Positions 1 to 14,192 of a stretch of DNA of 64,000 bases are shown here, in pieces (position 1 is the first letter of the stretch; each line of letters opens with the position of its first letter). The notes under the pieces were generated by a model. The model saw nothing but the letters and a program-made list of their open reading frames with translations. It searched no databases and had not been told where the DNA came from. The stretch is taken from positions 327,918,001 to 327,982,000 of the forward strand of contig OZ024742.1 in the NCBI GenBank assembly GCA_964016885.1, written 5' to 3'. Made by a program: the position numbers and the translations under genes. This stretch comes from Eledone cirrhosa (lineage: Eukaryota).

Positions 1-244
1 CGGAGCATTCTAGAGAAACGTAAACCCTTAACGTGACAATGCTAGCCCGTTGAATTACAAATACAGTCCATCCGACGGACTTCCAAATATCTTCCGACAA
101 CCCAGGTTAACTGAGAAGGTAGGGGTCGACTCGAAGCTACCGTAAATAACATTTACTCAACATAGGAGGCAGTTGAATCGAACCCGAAACCGAATGACTT
201 AAACCATTCATTCATGCTGTATCTACTAGAGAATTAATGTAAAA

Positions 245-587
245 CTAGCAGATTTACCCGGCGTTGCCCGGGGTTTGAAATTCAACAAAGTGTAAACAAG
301 AAACAAACGATAATATTAGTGATTTATCGTCAAATTAATCTGATGTTTATATTTCTGTCAATAAAATTGGTTATCTCCCTTACATCAATTTTGTTACCGA
401 TAATTTTGATATCGATTTTTTGTTGCTCAACGTGGGTCTATTTGAACATTTTTGTGATGTGACCATCTTAGCGACCTGTGCAACGTGCACAAAATTTGAT
501 CAAATTCGGTTGGTAATTGTAAAAGCCTTAGGTATCCAAAGTTGTACACAGACACACACACATCCTCGCTTTTATATATATAGAAGA
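245..587 (-). mobile_element. Non-autonomous Helitron (Lep1-like architecture)
   Basis: The minus strand starts TC(TTC)TATATATATAAAAGCGAGGATGTGTGTGTGTCTGTG. It ends with the subterminal hairpin CCCGGGCAACGCCGGG followed by ...CTGCTAG. Same architecture as 23841-24501. Confidence 0.7.
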
Positions 588-1119
588 CTAGCAGAAAACC
601 ACCCGGTGGGCGGTTTTCTGCTAGCAAATCTAGTGTATATACTGATATTGTTGAGATTTGGATGAGAAATGTTTTCGGCACCACATGTTCACCGTCTTTC
701 GGTGTGTCTTTTATGCATGTATAAATATATATGTTATCTATACGGTGAAATCTTTGAAATAAATATATGTTAAAACGAAAAAGGAGAAAAAGAGAATAGT
801 GACGGAAATATAAACGTTATGATACATAAACGTTATGATATAACGATGGAAATATATCTTCAAATGGTTCTTGGCATGGTGTCAAGTCAGAACCGCCTCG
901 AACTGGTTACTTCTGGCTTGTGCAAGGTGTCTCTATAGCAACCAGCGATTCCCTCGGCCTCAGTGACCAAAGTCAGTGGAGAGGTGAAGGTAATGTTTCT
1001 ATAGCGACAGTGTTTCTCTTGGTAGTACCAAAGTGGAGAAAGGAAGGGGAAGGTAATATTTCTGTAGCACCTACATTTGAGTTTTAGGGAAGGACAGACA
1101 GACAAACAGAGAAATGCCC

Positions 1120-1128
1120 ATATATTTC

Positions 1129-1187
<59 letters not shown>

Positions 1188-1213
1188 CACACACAGAAAT
1201 GTATATATATTTC

Positions 1214-1256
<43 letters not shown>

Positions 1257-1415
1257 CACACACAGAAATGTATATATATTTCTGTGTGGATATATATATA
1301 TATATATTACACACACAGAAATGTAAATATATATTTCTGTGTGTATATATATATATATTTCTGTGTGTGTATATATATATATATATTACACACACAGAAA
1401 TGTATATATATTTCT
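1120..1415. repeat. Palindromic minisatellite built from (TA)n/CACACAGAAAT...ATTTCTGTGTG units
   Basis: About 4.5 repeats of TTACACACACAGAAATGTATATATATTTCTGTGTGTG separated by (TA)n. Confidence 0.85.
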
Positions 1416-1534
1416 TAGAACAAAATTATTATTAATGTTTTGCTGTTCATAACAATTGGAATTGAAAAATTACTTTTGAAATTGTTAGTTATTTTACTAA
1501 TGCTTAGATATGTAAAAATGAAGCAATGTTTCTA

Positions 1535-1725
1535 ATAATTGTTTCTACTTTTGGCACAAGGCCAGCAATTATCCAGTACATTACTGGTACTTTATTTTAT
1601 CGACCCCGTGAGGAGGAAAAGCAAAGTTAACCTTGGCGGTATTTGAACTCAGACCGTAAAGGGACGTAACTCCATGCTATGAAGCATGGTGTCCGACTCT
1701 CTACAGATTCTGCCAATCCACTGCC
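1535..1725 (-). mobile_element. tRNA-derived SINE, family A
   Basis: Reverse complement of the 53168-53360 copy, with B-box GAGTTCAAAT and central GGGGTCGATAAAATAAAAGTACC. Confidence 0.8.
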
Positions 1726-1734
1726 CTAATGTCT

Positions 1735-2560
1735 GTACGTAATGAGGGAGTGAGAGGGGAGAGAAAGAAAGGCAGAGGTGAAGTGACGAAGTGACTCTCT
1801 CCTCCTCCTCCTCCTCCTCCATCTCCCCATTCGTCACAGCGATAGAGGGGAGGAATGTCAGTGTGTTAGAAAGAGAAAGAGTGAGAGTGAGAGAAACAGA
1901 CAGACTAAAAGAGAGGGGTAGCTGGAGAGAGAGAGAGGTAGCAACCACGCGCGCACGTGTTTCCACTGTCGGACAGACAGACAGAGAAATTGCTGGTTAT
2001 ATATTATAAGGAGACTAGCAGAAAACCACCCGGGGCGGTTTTCTGCTAGTCTATATATCCAAAACAGAGAATGTCTGTCTGTCTGTCAGCTCACTAAAAC
2101 TTGAGAACCATCCAACCGATTGTTTTCAAACTTTAGACATGTAATACTTATGGTCCTGTGAGTGTTTTGAACAAAAATTATTTCAAATTTTCAATGCCCT
2201 AGGGACCGAATTAGGCGATTTAGCGTTCTCTCTATATCATTCTTAGTCTTTCTATTTAGATAGATACATAGATATAACGTATTCCCTTATAATATCTGTC
2301 TGTATGTCTGGCTGTCTGCATTACGTCATTATGACGCGCTCAGCGCGATTCCCTCGGCCTCAGTGACCAAAGTCAGTGGAGAGGGGAATGTAATGTTTCT
2401 GTAGTACGTGTTTCAGCGTCTATTCACTCTCTCTCCCCCCCCCCCGCTATCCCCCTCTTGTAGCCTGTCTCTTTCTTTCACTCTCACTCTCTCTCTACGC
2501 ACGTGTTTCCACTGTCGGACAGTCAGACAGAGAAATTGCTGGTTAGATATATAAGTAGAT
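1735..2560. mobile_element. Cluster of Helitron 5' fragments in both orientations
   Basis: TC-TATATA...(CTGT)n starts occur at 2014 (-), 2050 (+) and about 2558 (-). 2050-2330 is homologous to the reverse complement of 24225-24500. 1948-2000 repeats at 2497-2548, and 945-1005 repeats at 2346-2405. Confidence 0.6.
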
Positions 2561-2749
2561 AGATGATAAAATGTTCCGTTGCCTTTTACATAAATGCATT
2601 CATCCGCAGCTCAACTATCAACACCAATAAATACCACCACCAACAACACCAAAGTTACTACTCTCACCACTACTAGCACGAATACCATTATCACCATCGA
2701 CACCACCAATATCACCACTACGACTACTACTGCTACTATCATCACCACA

Positions 2750-3400
2750 AATATTAGCTTCTGATTTAGGCACAAAGCCAACAATTTTTGAGGAGACAGT
2801 CGACTAAATCGACCCTAGTGCATTACTGGTACTTTATTTTATCGATCCCGAAAGAATGAAAGACAAAGCTAACCCCGGCAGGATTTGAACTTAGATCGTA
2901 AAGGGCTGTAACTCTATACCATAAAACAGGTGGTCCGACGCTCCACCGATACTGCCTATTCGCCGTCCTATCATCACCACAAATATTACAATCAGTGTTC
3001 GGAGTTCAAATCCTGCAGAGGTTACCTTTTTATCAAAATAAAGTACCAGTAACATGGCCAGCACTGGGTCGATTTTATAATCTTTCTCCTCCCTCAAATC
3101 TGTTGGCCTTGTGCCAAATCAGAAACCATCATAATTGTAGTGGTGGTAGTTTAGTGGTATCGTCATAATATTGGTAACATTGGTGGCGCTTACCTGGTCA
3201 TATTAATGCTGTAGCAGTAGAAATGTTTTTGTTATAATGGTGGTAGTATTAGTAGTGGTTGTGATGGTATTTTAGTTAACTTTGCTTTCATCCTTACGGG
3301 GTCGATAAAATAAAGTATCAGTCATGCACTGGGGTCGATTTAATCGACTTTCCCCTCCTCCAAAGTTGCTGGCTTTGTGCCTATATAAGAAACTAGTATT
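2750..3400. mobile_element. Three SINE family A copies/fragments (2750-2965 -, 2990-3135 +, 3275-3400 +)
   Basis: Shared motifs TTTCATCC(TT)ACGGGGTCGATAAAATAAAGTAC and GGCCTTGTGCC...AGAAAC, and B-box GAGTTCAAATCC. Confidence 0.75.
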
Positions 3401-3789
3401 AGTAGAGGTGTGCTAGTGGTGTTACGGGGCTGGTTTTGTAGTGGTTTTGAGGGACGGGAGTTGTTGTTTACTGTCGTGGTATTGTGAGGGGTGGTGTTAT
3501 GGTGGTGATGTGGTGTTTTTGTTTTTATAATGATGGTAGCATTAGTAGTGTCAATGTGGTGGTGGTTTGGTAGTAAGATTGTGCTGGCGTTATGTTCTGC
3601 TGGTTGGTATAATGATGGTAGTATTAGTAGTAATATTATAGTAAAGATGTTATGGTGGTAAGATTGTCGTAATGTTCTGGTGATTTTGCTGTTATTATAG
3701 TACTAGTGTTAGTAGTGGTATTATAGGTGTGGTGGCCTTGCGGTGTTTTATTGTTATAATGATGGTAGTACTAGTAGTAGTGGTAGTGC

Positions 3790-4600
3790 TGTGGTATTGG
3801 TGTTGTAGTGGTAAGATTGTGGTAGTTTTGACTGTTATTAGGGTAGTGGTGTAGTGGTAGTGGTGGTATGGAGGTAGTGTTGTAGTGGTAAGATTGTGAT
3901 AGCCTTCTGGTAGTTTTGGTTGTTATTATGGTAGTGGTGTAGTGGTAGTGGTGGTTTGGAGGTAGTGTTGTAGTGGTAAGATTGTGATAGCCTTCTGGTA
4001 GTTTTGGCTGTTATTATGGTAGTGGTGTAGTGGTAGTGGTGGTTTGGAGGTAGTGTTAGTAGTGGTAAGATTGTGATAGCCTTCTGGTAGTTTTGGCTGT
4101 TATTATGGTAGTGGTGTAGTGGTAGTGGTGGTTTGGAGGTAGTGTTAGTAGTGGTAAGATTGTGATAGCCTTCTGGTAGTTTTGGCTGTTATTATGGTAG
4201 TGGTGTAGTGGTAGTGGTGGTATGGAGGTAGTGTTAGTAGTGGTAAGATTGTGATAGCCTTCTGGTAGTTTTGGCTGTTATTATGGTAGTGGTGTAGTGG
4301 TAGTGGTGGTATGGAGGTAGTGTTAGTAGTGGTAAGATTGTGATAGCCTTCTGGTAGTTTTGGCTGTTATTATGGTAGTGGTGTAGTGGTAGTGGTGGTT
4401 TGGAGGTAGTGTTGTAGTGGTAAGATTGTGATAGCCTTCTGGTAGTTTTGGCTGTTATTATGGTAGTGGTGTAGTGGTAGTGGTGGTTTGGAGGTAGTGT
4501 TAGTAGTGGTAAGATTGTGATAGCCTTCTGGTAGTTTTGGCTGTTATTATGGTAGTGGTGTAGTGGTAGTGGTGGTATGGAGGTAGTGTTAGTACTGGTA
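3790..4600 (+). repeat. Minisatellite, 88-89-bp unit, about 9 copies
   Basis: AGATTGTGATAGCCTTCTGG recurs at 3891, 3979, 4068 and onward with 88-89-bp spacing. Confidence 0.95.
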
Positions 4601-4639
4601 TTATAGTGGTGGTGGCCTTGTGTTGTTGTGTAGTTTCAA

Positions 4640-7600
4640 TGATGTTAGTGTTAGTAGTGGTGTTGTGGTGGTAGTGTTAGTAGTGGAGCTGTAGGGGTGT
4701 TAGTGTTAGTAGTGGTGCTGTAGGGGGGGTAGTGTTAGTAGTGGCGTTGTAAGGGTGTTAGTGTTAGTAGTGGTGCTGTAGGGGGGGTAGTGTTAGTAGT
4801 GGTGCTGTAGGGGTGGTAGTGTTAGTAGTGGTGTTGTAGGGGTGGTAGTGTTAGTAGTGGTGCTGTAGGGGTGGTAGTGTTAGTAGTGGTGTTGTAGGGG
4901 TGTTAGTGTTAGTAGTGGTGCTGTAGGGGGGGTAGTGTTAGTAGTGGTGCTGTAGGGGGGGTAGTGTTAGTAGTGGTGCTGTAGGGGTGGTAGTGTTAGT
5001 AGTGGTGTTGTAGGGGTGGTAGTGTTAGTAGTGGTGCTGTAGGGGTGGTAGTGTTAGTAGTGGTGTTGTAGGGGCGGTAGTGTTAGTAGTGGTGCTGTAG
5101 GGGTGGTAGTGTTAGTAGTGGTGTTGTAGGGGTGTTAGTGTTAGTAGTGGTGCTGTAGGGGTGGTAGTGTTAGTAGTGGTGTTGTAGGGGTGGTAGTGTT
5201 AGTAGTGGTGCTGTAGGGGTGGTAGTGTTAGTAGTGGTGCTGTAGGGGTGGTAGTGTTAGTAGTGGTGCTGTAGGGGTGATAGTGTTAATAGTGGTGTTG
5301 TCGTGGTAGTGCTAGTAGTGGTGTTGTGGTGGTAGTGTTAGTAGTGGTGTTGTAGGGGTGGTAGTGTTAGTAGTGGTGCTGTAGGGGCGGTAGTGGTAGT
5401 AGTGGTGCTGTAGGGGTGGTAGTGTTAGTAGTGGTGCTGTAGGCGTGGTAGTGTTAGTAGTGGTGCTGTAGCGGTGGTAGTGTTAGTAGTGGTGTTGTCG
5501 TGGTAGTGTTAGTAGTGGTGTTGTCGTGGTAGTGTTAGTAGTGGTGTTGTGGTGGTAGTGTTAGTAGTGGTGCTGTAGGGGTGGTAGTGTTAGTAGTGGT
5601 GTTGTAGGGGTGGTAGTGTTAGTAGTGGTGGTAGTGTTAGTAGTGGTGGTAGTGTTAGTAGTGGTGTTGTGGTGGTAGTGTTAGTAGTGGTGCTGTAGGG
5701 GTGGTAGTGTTAGTAGTGGTCTTGAGGTGGTAGTATTAGTAGTGGTGCTGTAGGGGTGGTAGTGTTAGTAGTGGTGCTGTAGGGGTGGTAGTGTTAGTAG
5801 TGGTGTTGTCGTGGTAGTGTTAGTAGTGGTGTTGTGGTGGTAGTGTTAGTAGTGGTGCTGTAGGGGTGGTAGTGTTAGTAGTGGTATTGTAGGGGTGGTA
5901 ATGTTAGTAGTGGTGTTGTGGTGGTAGTATTAGTAGTGGTGCTGTAGGGGTGGTAGTGTTAGTGGTGGTGCTGTAGGGGTGGTAGTGTTAGTAGTGGTGC
6001 TGTAGGGGTGGTAGTGTTAGTAGTGGTGCTGTAGGGGTGGTAGTGTTAGTAGTGGTGTTGTGGGCGTGGTAGTGTTAGTAGTGGTGCTGTAGGGGTGGTT
6101 GTGTTAGTAGTGGTGCTGTAGGGGTGGTAGTGTTAGTAGTACTGCTGTAGGGGTGGTAGTGTTAGTCGTGGTGCTGTAGGGGTGGTAGTGTTAGTAGTGG
6201 TGCTGTAGGGGTGGTAGTGTTAGTAGTGGTGCTGTAGGGGTGGTAGTGTTAGTCGTGGTGCTGTAGGGGTGGTAGTGTTAGTAGTGGTGATGTGGTGGTA
6301 GTGTTAGTAGTGGTGCTGTAGGGGTGGTAGTGTTAGTCGTGGTGCTGTAGGGGTGGTAGTGTTAGTAGTGGTGTTGTAGGGGTGGTAATGTTAGTAGTGG
6401 TGTTGTGGTGGTAGTATTAGTAGTGGTGCTGTAGGGGTGGTAGTGTTAGTAGTGGTGCTGTAGGGGTGGTAGTGTTAGTAGTGGTGCTGTAGGGGTGGTA
6501 GTGTTAGTAGTGGTGTTGTCGTGGTAGTGTTAGTAGTGGTGTTGTGGTGGTAGTGTTAGTAGTGGTGCTGTAGGGGTGGTAGTGTTAGTAGTGGTGTTGT
6601 AGGGGTGGTAATGTTAGTAGTGGTGTTGTGGTGGTAGTATTAGTAGTGGTGCTGTAGGGGTGGTAGTGTTAGTAGTGGTGTTGTCGTGGTAGTGTTAGTA
6701 GTGGTGTTGTCGTGGTAGTGTTAGTAGTGGTGCTGTAGGGGTGGTAGTGTTAGTAGTGGTGTTGTAGGGGTGGTAATGTTAGTAGTGGTGTTGTGGTGGT
6801 AGTATTAGTAGTGGTGCTGTAGGGGTGGTAGTGTTAGTAGTGGTGCTGTAGGGGTGGTAGTGTTAGTAGTGGTGCTGTAGGGGTGGTAGTGTTAGTAGTG
6901 GTGTTGTCGTGGTAGTGTTAGTAGTGGTGTTGTGGTGGTAGTGTTAGTAGTGGTGCTGTAGGGGTGGTAGTGTTAGTAGTGGTGTTGTAGGGGTGGTAAT
7001 GTTAGTAGTGGTGTTGTGGTGGTAGTATTAGTAGTGGTGCTGTAGGGGTGGTAGTGTTAGTAGTGGTGTTGTAGGGGTGGTAGTGTTAGTAGTGGTGCTG
7101 TAGGGGTGGTAGTGTTAGTAGTGGTGTTGTCGTGGTAGTGATAGTAGTGGTGTTGTGGTGGTAGTGTTGGTAGTGGTGCTGTAGGGGTGGTAGTGTTAGT
7201 AGTGGTGTTGTAGGGGTGGTAATGTTAGTAGTGGTGTTGTGGTGGTAGTATTAGTAGTGGTGCTGTAGGGGTGGTAGTGTTAGTAGTGGTGCTGTAGGGG
7301 TGGTAGTGTTAGTAGTGGTGCTGTAGGCCTGGTAGTGTTAGTAGTGGTGCTGTAGAGGTGGTAGTGTTAGTAGTGGTGCTGTAGGGGTGGTAGTGTTAGT
7401 AGTGGTGCTGTAGAGGTGGTAGTGTTAGTAGTGGTGCTGTAGGGGTGGTAGTGTTAGTAGTGGTGCTGTAGGGGTGGTAGTGTTAGTAGTGGTGCTGTAG
7501 GGGTGGTAGTGTTAGTAGTGGTGCTGTAGGGGTGGTAGTGTTAGTAGTGGTGCTGTAGGGGTGGTAGTGTTAGTAGTGGTGCTGTAGGGGTGGTAGTGTT

Positions 7601-8000
7601 AGTAGTGGTGCTGTAGGGGTGGTAGTGTTAGTAGTGGTGTTGTAGGGGTGGTAGTGTTAGTAGTGGTGCTGTAGGGGTGGTAGTGTTAGTAGTGGTGCTG
7701 TAGGGGTGGTAGTGTTAGTAGTGGTGCTGTAGGGGTGGTAGTGTTAGTAGTGGTGTTGTAGGCGTGGTAGTGTTAGTAGTGGTGCTGTAGAGGTGGTAGT
7801 GTTAGTAGTGGCGCTGTAGGGGTGGTAGTGTTAGTAGTGGTGCTGTAGGGGTGGTAGTGTTAGTAGTGGTGCTGTAGAGGTGGTAGTGTTAGTAGTGGTG
7901 CTGTAGGGGTGGTAGTGTTAGTAGTGGCGCTGTAGGGGTGGTAGTGTTAGTAGTGGTGCTGTAGGGGTGGTAGTGTTAGTAGTGGCGCTGTAGGGGTGGT
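4640..8000 (+). repeat. Minisatellite, 29-bp unit (GTGTTAGTAGTGGTGCTGTAGGGGTGGTA), >100 copies, with 26-bp variants
   Basis: Periodicity read directly, e.g. AGGGGTGG at 7441 and 7470. Confidence 0.97.
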
Positions 8001-8169
8001 AATGGCGTTGTTCCTGTAAAATGTACAACTATAAGATTTTGGCAGAATTCTGGTAACTTGTCAATCAGGCTAAAAGCTTTAAGTTATAGGATGTTGGCGG
8101 TGCAGGGTGGGACTGCTTAATGGTGGGGTGATGCGTATGGTGTAATCGTGATGTTGTTGGAGTGGTAGG

Positions 8170-8885
8170 GAGACTGGTGGTTGTAGGGGTGTTGGTGGTG
8201 GTGTGGTGGTGGCGGTCGAGGTGGTGGTGGTGGTGGTGATGGTGATGGTGGAGGTGAAGGTGGTGGTGGTGGTGGTGGTGGTGGTGGTGGTGGTGGTGGT
8301 GGTGGTGGTGGCGGTGGAGGTGGTGGCGGCGGTGGATGTGGTGGTGGTGTTGGTGGTGGTGGTGGTGGTGGTGGTGGCGGTGGTGGTGGCGGTGGCGGTG
8401 GTGGCGGCGGTGGATGTGGTGGTGGTGGTGGTGGTGGTGGTGGTGGTGGTGTTGGTGGTGGTGGTGGTGGTGATGGCGGTGGTGGTGGCGGTGCATGTGG
8501 TGGTGGTGGTGGTGTTGGTGAAGGTGGTGGTGAAGGTGGGGGTGGTGGTGGAGGTGAAGGTGGTGGTGGTGGTGGTGGTGGAATTGGTGGTGGCGGTGGA
8601 TGTGGTGGTGGTGGTGGTGGTGGAGGTGAAGGTGGTGGTGGTGGTGGTGGTGATGGTGTTTTGGTTGTAATGTATGTCGTGAAGTATGGTGGTAGTGGGT
8701 GTATTGCTGTCGTGGCATTGATGAAGGGGTAGAGTGATAGTGGTGGCGGTGGTGGTGGTAATGTTTGTTTTGTGGTGGAGGATAGTAGTGTAATTGGTGG
8801 TGGTGGTGGTGGTGTTAGTGTTAGTGTTGCGGTGGTGGATAGTAGTGGAGTTGATGATGGTGGTGATGGTGGTGGTGGTGGTGTT
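8170..8885 (+). repeat. Interrupted (GTG)n trinucleotide tract
   Basis: Long (GTG)n with in-phase GCG/GAG/AAG/GAT/TTG interruptions. Confidence 0.95.
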
Positions 8886-9744
8886 GCGGCGGGGATGCTG
8901 TTTGTGGTGTCTGCGTTCGTTGTGCTGGTGGTGTGTTGAGGGTGTTAAAGATTTGTTAGCGTTTGTGTAAGGCAGCCGTAGCCTGTGTTATGGTAGCGGT
9001 GGTGTTGGTGGCCTTATTTGCCGATGTGGAGTGACTGTGGTTGTGGTGGTGTTGCAGAGGGGGTGGATGAGTTGGTGGTATGGTCGCTTGAATGTGATTA
9101 TTGGAAGTTGTTACACTGTTTTTTGTTGTGGTGGCCGTGGTGGTATTGGTAGTGTGATAGGGAGGTAATGATGCTAGTGTTGTAGTTATTATCGGGATGT
9201 TGGCTTTGTGGAGATTGGTCGTTATGAAGGTATTGTGGTGGTGGTGGTGGTTGTGATATTGTTGTTGTTGTTATTGTTGTTGCTGGTGGTGGTCGTGGTG
9301 GTGGTTATGGCCGTAGTCTGAGCGATATATATGAACATTTTAATGGAAACGGGTAGGTGTTTTGGTACTGATTGTAACGGCGGGGTGGGTGCTGTGTTTT
9401 GGGTGGTGATTGTGTCATGGAAGTTGTTCTGGTGAAGCAGTAAAGTGGTGTTGGTTGTGAAGACAGTGGTTCTGCTGGTGGTGGTGTTGTTAGTGGTTTT
9501 GATGTTGGCTCTGTTTTTGGTGTTGTCGGTGGCTGTGTTACCGGTATTAGTGGTGTTGGTGGTGGTGTAGGTCTTAAGATTGCCGGCTACCTGTGTTAGT
9601 GATCCTATGTTTGGTGTTATTTTTAATGTTGATGGTAGTGGTGATGTTGGTGGCAAATGCATTGGTTATCGTTTAATATCAGTTCGGTTATTTCCCTACA
9701 ATTTCTTCCTATTCCACGATATATTTACAGTGCTAATAACGAGT

Positions 9745-10200
9745 GAGCGTGGTGGTACTCGGTCTTATCATTAGAATATTGAACTCATAGTCGTACATTG
9801 TGGTGTCGTAGTGTACTTAAACAAAACACTTCATTTATGTTGTCCCAAGTCATGCAGCTGAGGACCAAGTCAAGATCTGAGGACCAGCAGTGGCTGGTAC
9901 TCAGTCAATTGAAACCGGAATGCGCTCTAGCCTGATGGGCTTCCGGGCTTTTCACACTTCTGGAAATCACCCTATCGGCTTCCGTAGGTCAGGAAAGTAA
10001 AGCAGATTTCCTCTATCTGCTTCCAATTGCCAAGTTGATTGTATGATAGGCAGGATTGAATGGCTGACAACCTGGACCAAATGCTAGCTTGTCGTAGAGT
10101 TAACAAACAGCTACTGCTGGTCCTCAGATCGTTTTCAGCTGAATAACTTGGAACAACATAAAATGAAATGTCTTGATTAAGTACACTGCGACACCATACA
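9745..10200. repeat. Inverted pair of degenerate SINE (family B-like) segments
   Basis: 9800-9897 is the approximate reverse complement of 10108-10197. It resembles the body of the 18799 SINE. Confidence 0.55.
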
Positions 10201-10673
10201 ACCAGAGGCCTCGTTTGCCTAAAAAATGTGAGGGATACAAACCAACATTTGTTGTTTCTTAAATGAGCATGTTAGTATTGCTTACGGTGCCTTTCCGGGA
10301 ACATTTCACATAAGTAAAATTTTACACTAATTAAATTTTATATATTCAAATGCAGTTCAGATATAAAAAATAAGCTTAAAAAGAATTTAATATATCAAAT
10401 AAACAAAAAATAAAACATAGACGAAAAAGTGTGTGTGTGTTGTTGTTGTTGTGGTGGTAGGGGTATGTGTGTGTGTGTGGGGGGGGGGGGCTTGTCCTCT
10501 GAAATAAGGCCCTTGCCTACAACCATAAGTTCAAATTCCTAAAAACTAGATCGAGTGCTACCACAATCACTCCTTAATAGCACTGTAAATATGCTGTCGA
10601 ATAGAAAGAAAATTGTAGTGGATGAAGGTAACGATGAACACAATTACAGCTAACTTAAAGTTTCTTCTATTTA

Positions 10674-11230
10674 CAGTTCGCGTTACAAAGTTCTTCAAAC
10701 AAAGGGAGGGGGCTCTCAGGTTGCTTTTTCATATATGAGTGACGTTTGGTTGGTTGATGCAGTCACGTGAATGCACATCAGCTTTCGCGCCAGTTTGTGT
10801 TTGAATTTCTTTTTACTTTAAAAACAGTGGCTCACGAAGGCTTTTTTAAATAAATGTAATTTGATTGGTTATAAAGGAAATTATGACTGCATCAACCAAC
10901 CAAACTTCACTCATATATGAAAAAAACAACCTGAGCCCCTCCCCCTTTGTTTGAAGAACTTTGTAACGCGAACTGGCGCAAAATTTATTATACTTATTCA
11001 CCAACCAAATTACTTCTCTAAAAAGCTGGCATTTCGAGCCACTTTTTTCCATATAAAACAAGTAACATTCAAAGACCAACCAGATGTGAGAAAAACCACA
11101 GAAAGTCCATCTCAATTCTACTTTTGAAAAGCAGACGAACTGTGAAACCGGTAAAGGAACTAAATAAATATATATTTAAAAAAAAAAAGACTCCAGTTGC
11201 ATTTTCGATTTCATCTTCTTTCCTTATATA
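10674..11230 (+). mobile_element. Solo 3' pseudo-LTR of the Neptune-type PLE family, with inverted 5' segment
   Basis: About 10905-11230 matches 62925-63250. 10674-10764 is an inverted copy of 10884-10974. Confidence 0.85.
11121..11156 (+). ncRNA. Minimal type-I HHR motif, U3-A8 core variant
   Basis: CTT-TTGAAAA-GCAG acgaa CTGT-GAAA-CCGG-TA-AAG. Confidence 0.65.
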
Positions 11231-12498
11231 GATACAGTATATGTGTATGTGTGTGTGTGAGAGAGAGAGAGACAGAGAGAGTGTGTGAGTGTGTGAGTGT
11301 GTGGGTGTGGGTATGTGAACGTATGCGTGAGTGTGAGTGTGTGTGGGGGGTGCTCATTAATAAAAATAAATTAGAATTCCAAATTTTATATATCAAAGAT
11401 ATACATTCTGTTATTAAACTTTTAACAGTCTAATTAACCTCATTGTACAACCACTTTCCACTCTGGCAAGTATTGGACGGGTTTTAACAGTCCGAGACCA
11501 GACATATGGGAGTGACCACATCTTGCTCATACATTACATATTTGGCTTGGTTTCTATGGCTGGATGCCCTTCCTAACATACTTACTTTGGAGTGTATTAT
11601 TTTTACGATACCAGTACAACCAATTTACACAGTTGACTAGGTGCATTCTATCACCGTAGTCTCTGATCTCTCACCACACTTACTTTTATTGTCTCACTGC
11701 TTGTACTGGTGGGTATGTTTTTTTGTATTAATGCATATCATCAACCAGCTCTGCCCTGCGTTATCTCTTTGTCGGGTTCAGTATCTTAATATCATATTTT
11801 ACAACTTCGTCTCATGTTTTCCTTGATTTTCCATTTCAAGCGTTTGGCACATTTTTAACACGAGTCTCGCTCATCTTTTGTATCACATGTCTATATCAGT
11901 ACAATGGTCTCTCTTATACAGTATATTCAAATAACGTATTCTCTCAACTCCATTGTGCTTTGTTGTTCACATTCATTAATACTGCACATCCAGTGAAGCA
12001 ACAGCTTCACTGGATTGCTTACGTAGAAAAATTTTGATGATATCAAATACAATCTATTGTCTCTAAAGTTGATAAAATTTGATAAAATTTGCCACAGTAA
12101 GGATAAATACTTGTTATTAAAAATGTAGTTCATGTTGTCAAAGGGATAACATTAAAAATCCTTGCAGAGGGCACAAATAAATCGCTACGGTCGTCGCTGG
12201 TGGAGCCCCTGCTGAAGGACCCAGTCTAATTGCTCCCTTTGCCCCCCCCCTCTCCCCATAAAATCCGGCTCTGTTTTCTATTACTGACTCTAGTAGCCGG
12301 AAGACTTCCTTTCATCTTTACCCCCTGATGTTCACACAAAACACGCTAATTTTTAAAAATCACATAATCATTTCTAATTTTGTTTTTGTTTACCAGCTTT
12401 CATATATTTCAAATTAATTCACATATGCAAACACACTAACACACATACATACAAAGGAACACAAAGAAATACGCATATAAATAAATATGTATATACAG

Positions 12499-12551
<53 letters not shown>

Positions 12552-12791
12552 ATGTGTGTGTGTGTGTGTGTGTCTGTATACATGTGTGTGTGTATACATG
12601 TGTGTGTGTATATATATATATATAAAATACCATATCTAGGATACTATTTGTTAAATAGTTTTAATTTATAAATTCCAAGTTTACAGTTTTTCTGAACATG
12701 CTTTACATTTTTTTCATCTAAAGGAAGTAGATGTAATTTTCAGTAACAAAATGACAACAAAAATATCAGTGTGGAAAGACTTTATGCTCTC

Positions 12792-12854
<63 letters not shown>

Positions 12855-12993
12855 GCAACGTTTTTCGAAACATTTACTTGTGCGTTCACAGATTGATTTT
12901 TTTATTTTTAGAAGACCCCCGTTAAGGGTGAAAGCAGTGATTCTTTGCTTAAACTTTAATCTGTTATTTTAATAAATATATATATATACATAC

Positions 12994-13064
<71 letters not shown>

Positions 13065-13145
13065 AAAGTTTTATTTAAATTGTTGGGATACAACAAGGAA
13101 ATATTTTTATAACTGGTATAAAGCACTCGACAAATATTTGGAGTA

Positions 13146-14103
<958 letters not shown>

Positions 14104-14120
14104 CATATATATATGTATAC

Positions 14121-14192
<72 letters not shown>

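Noticed and set aside
3790-8000. CRISPR-like or telomeric array
   Set aside because: There are no unique spacers or cas genes, and the unit is not TTAGGG. It is an ordinary minisatellite.
8065-8718. 217-aa poly-His ORF (and the opposite-strand poly-Val ORF)
   Set aside because: Translation of a (GTG)n tract inside a larger GT-rich satellite domain, with no domain or splice evidence.
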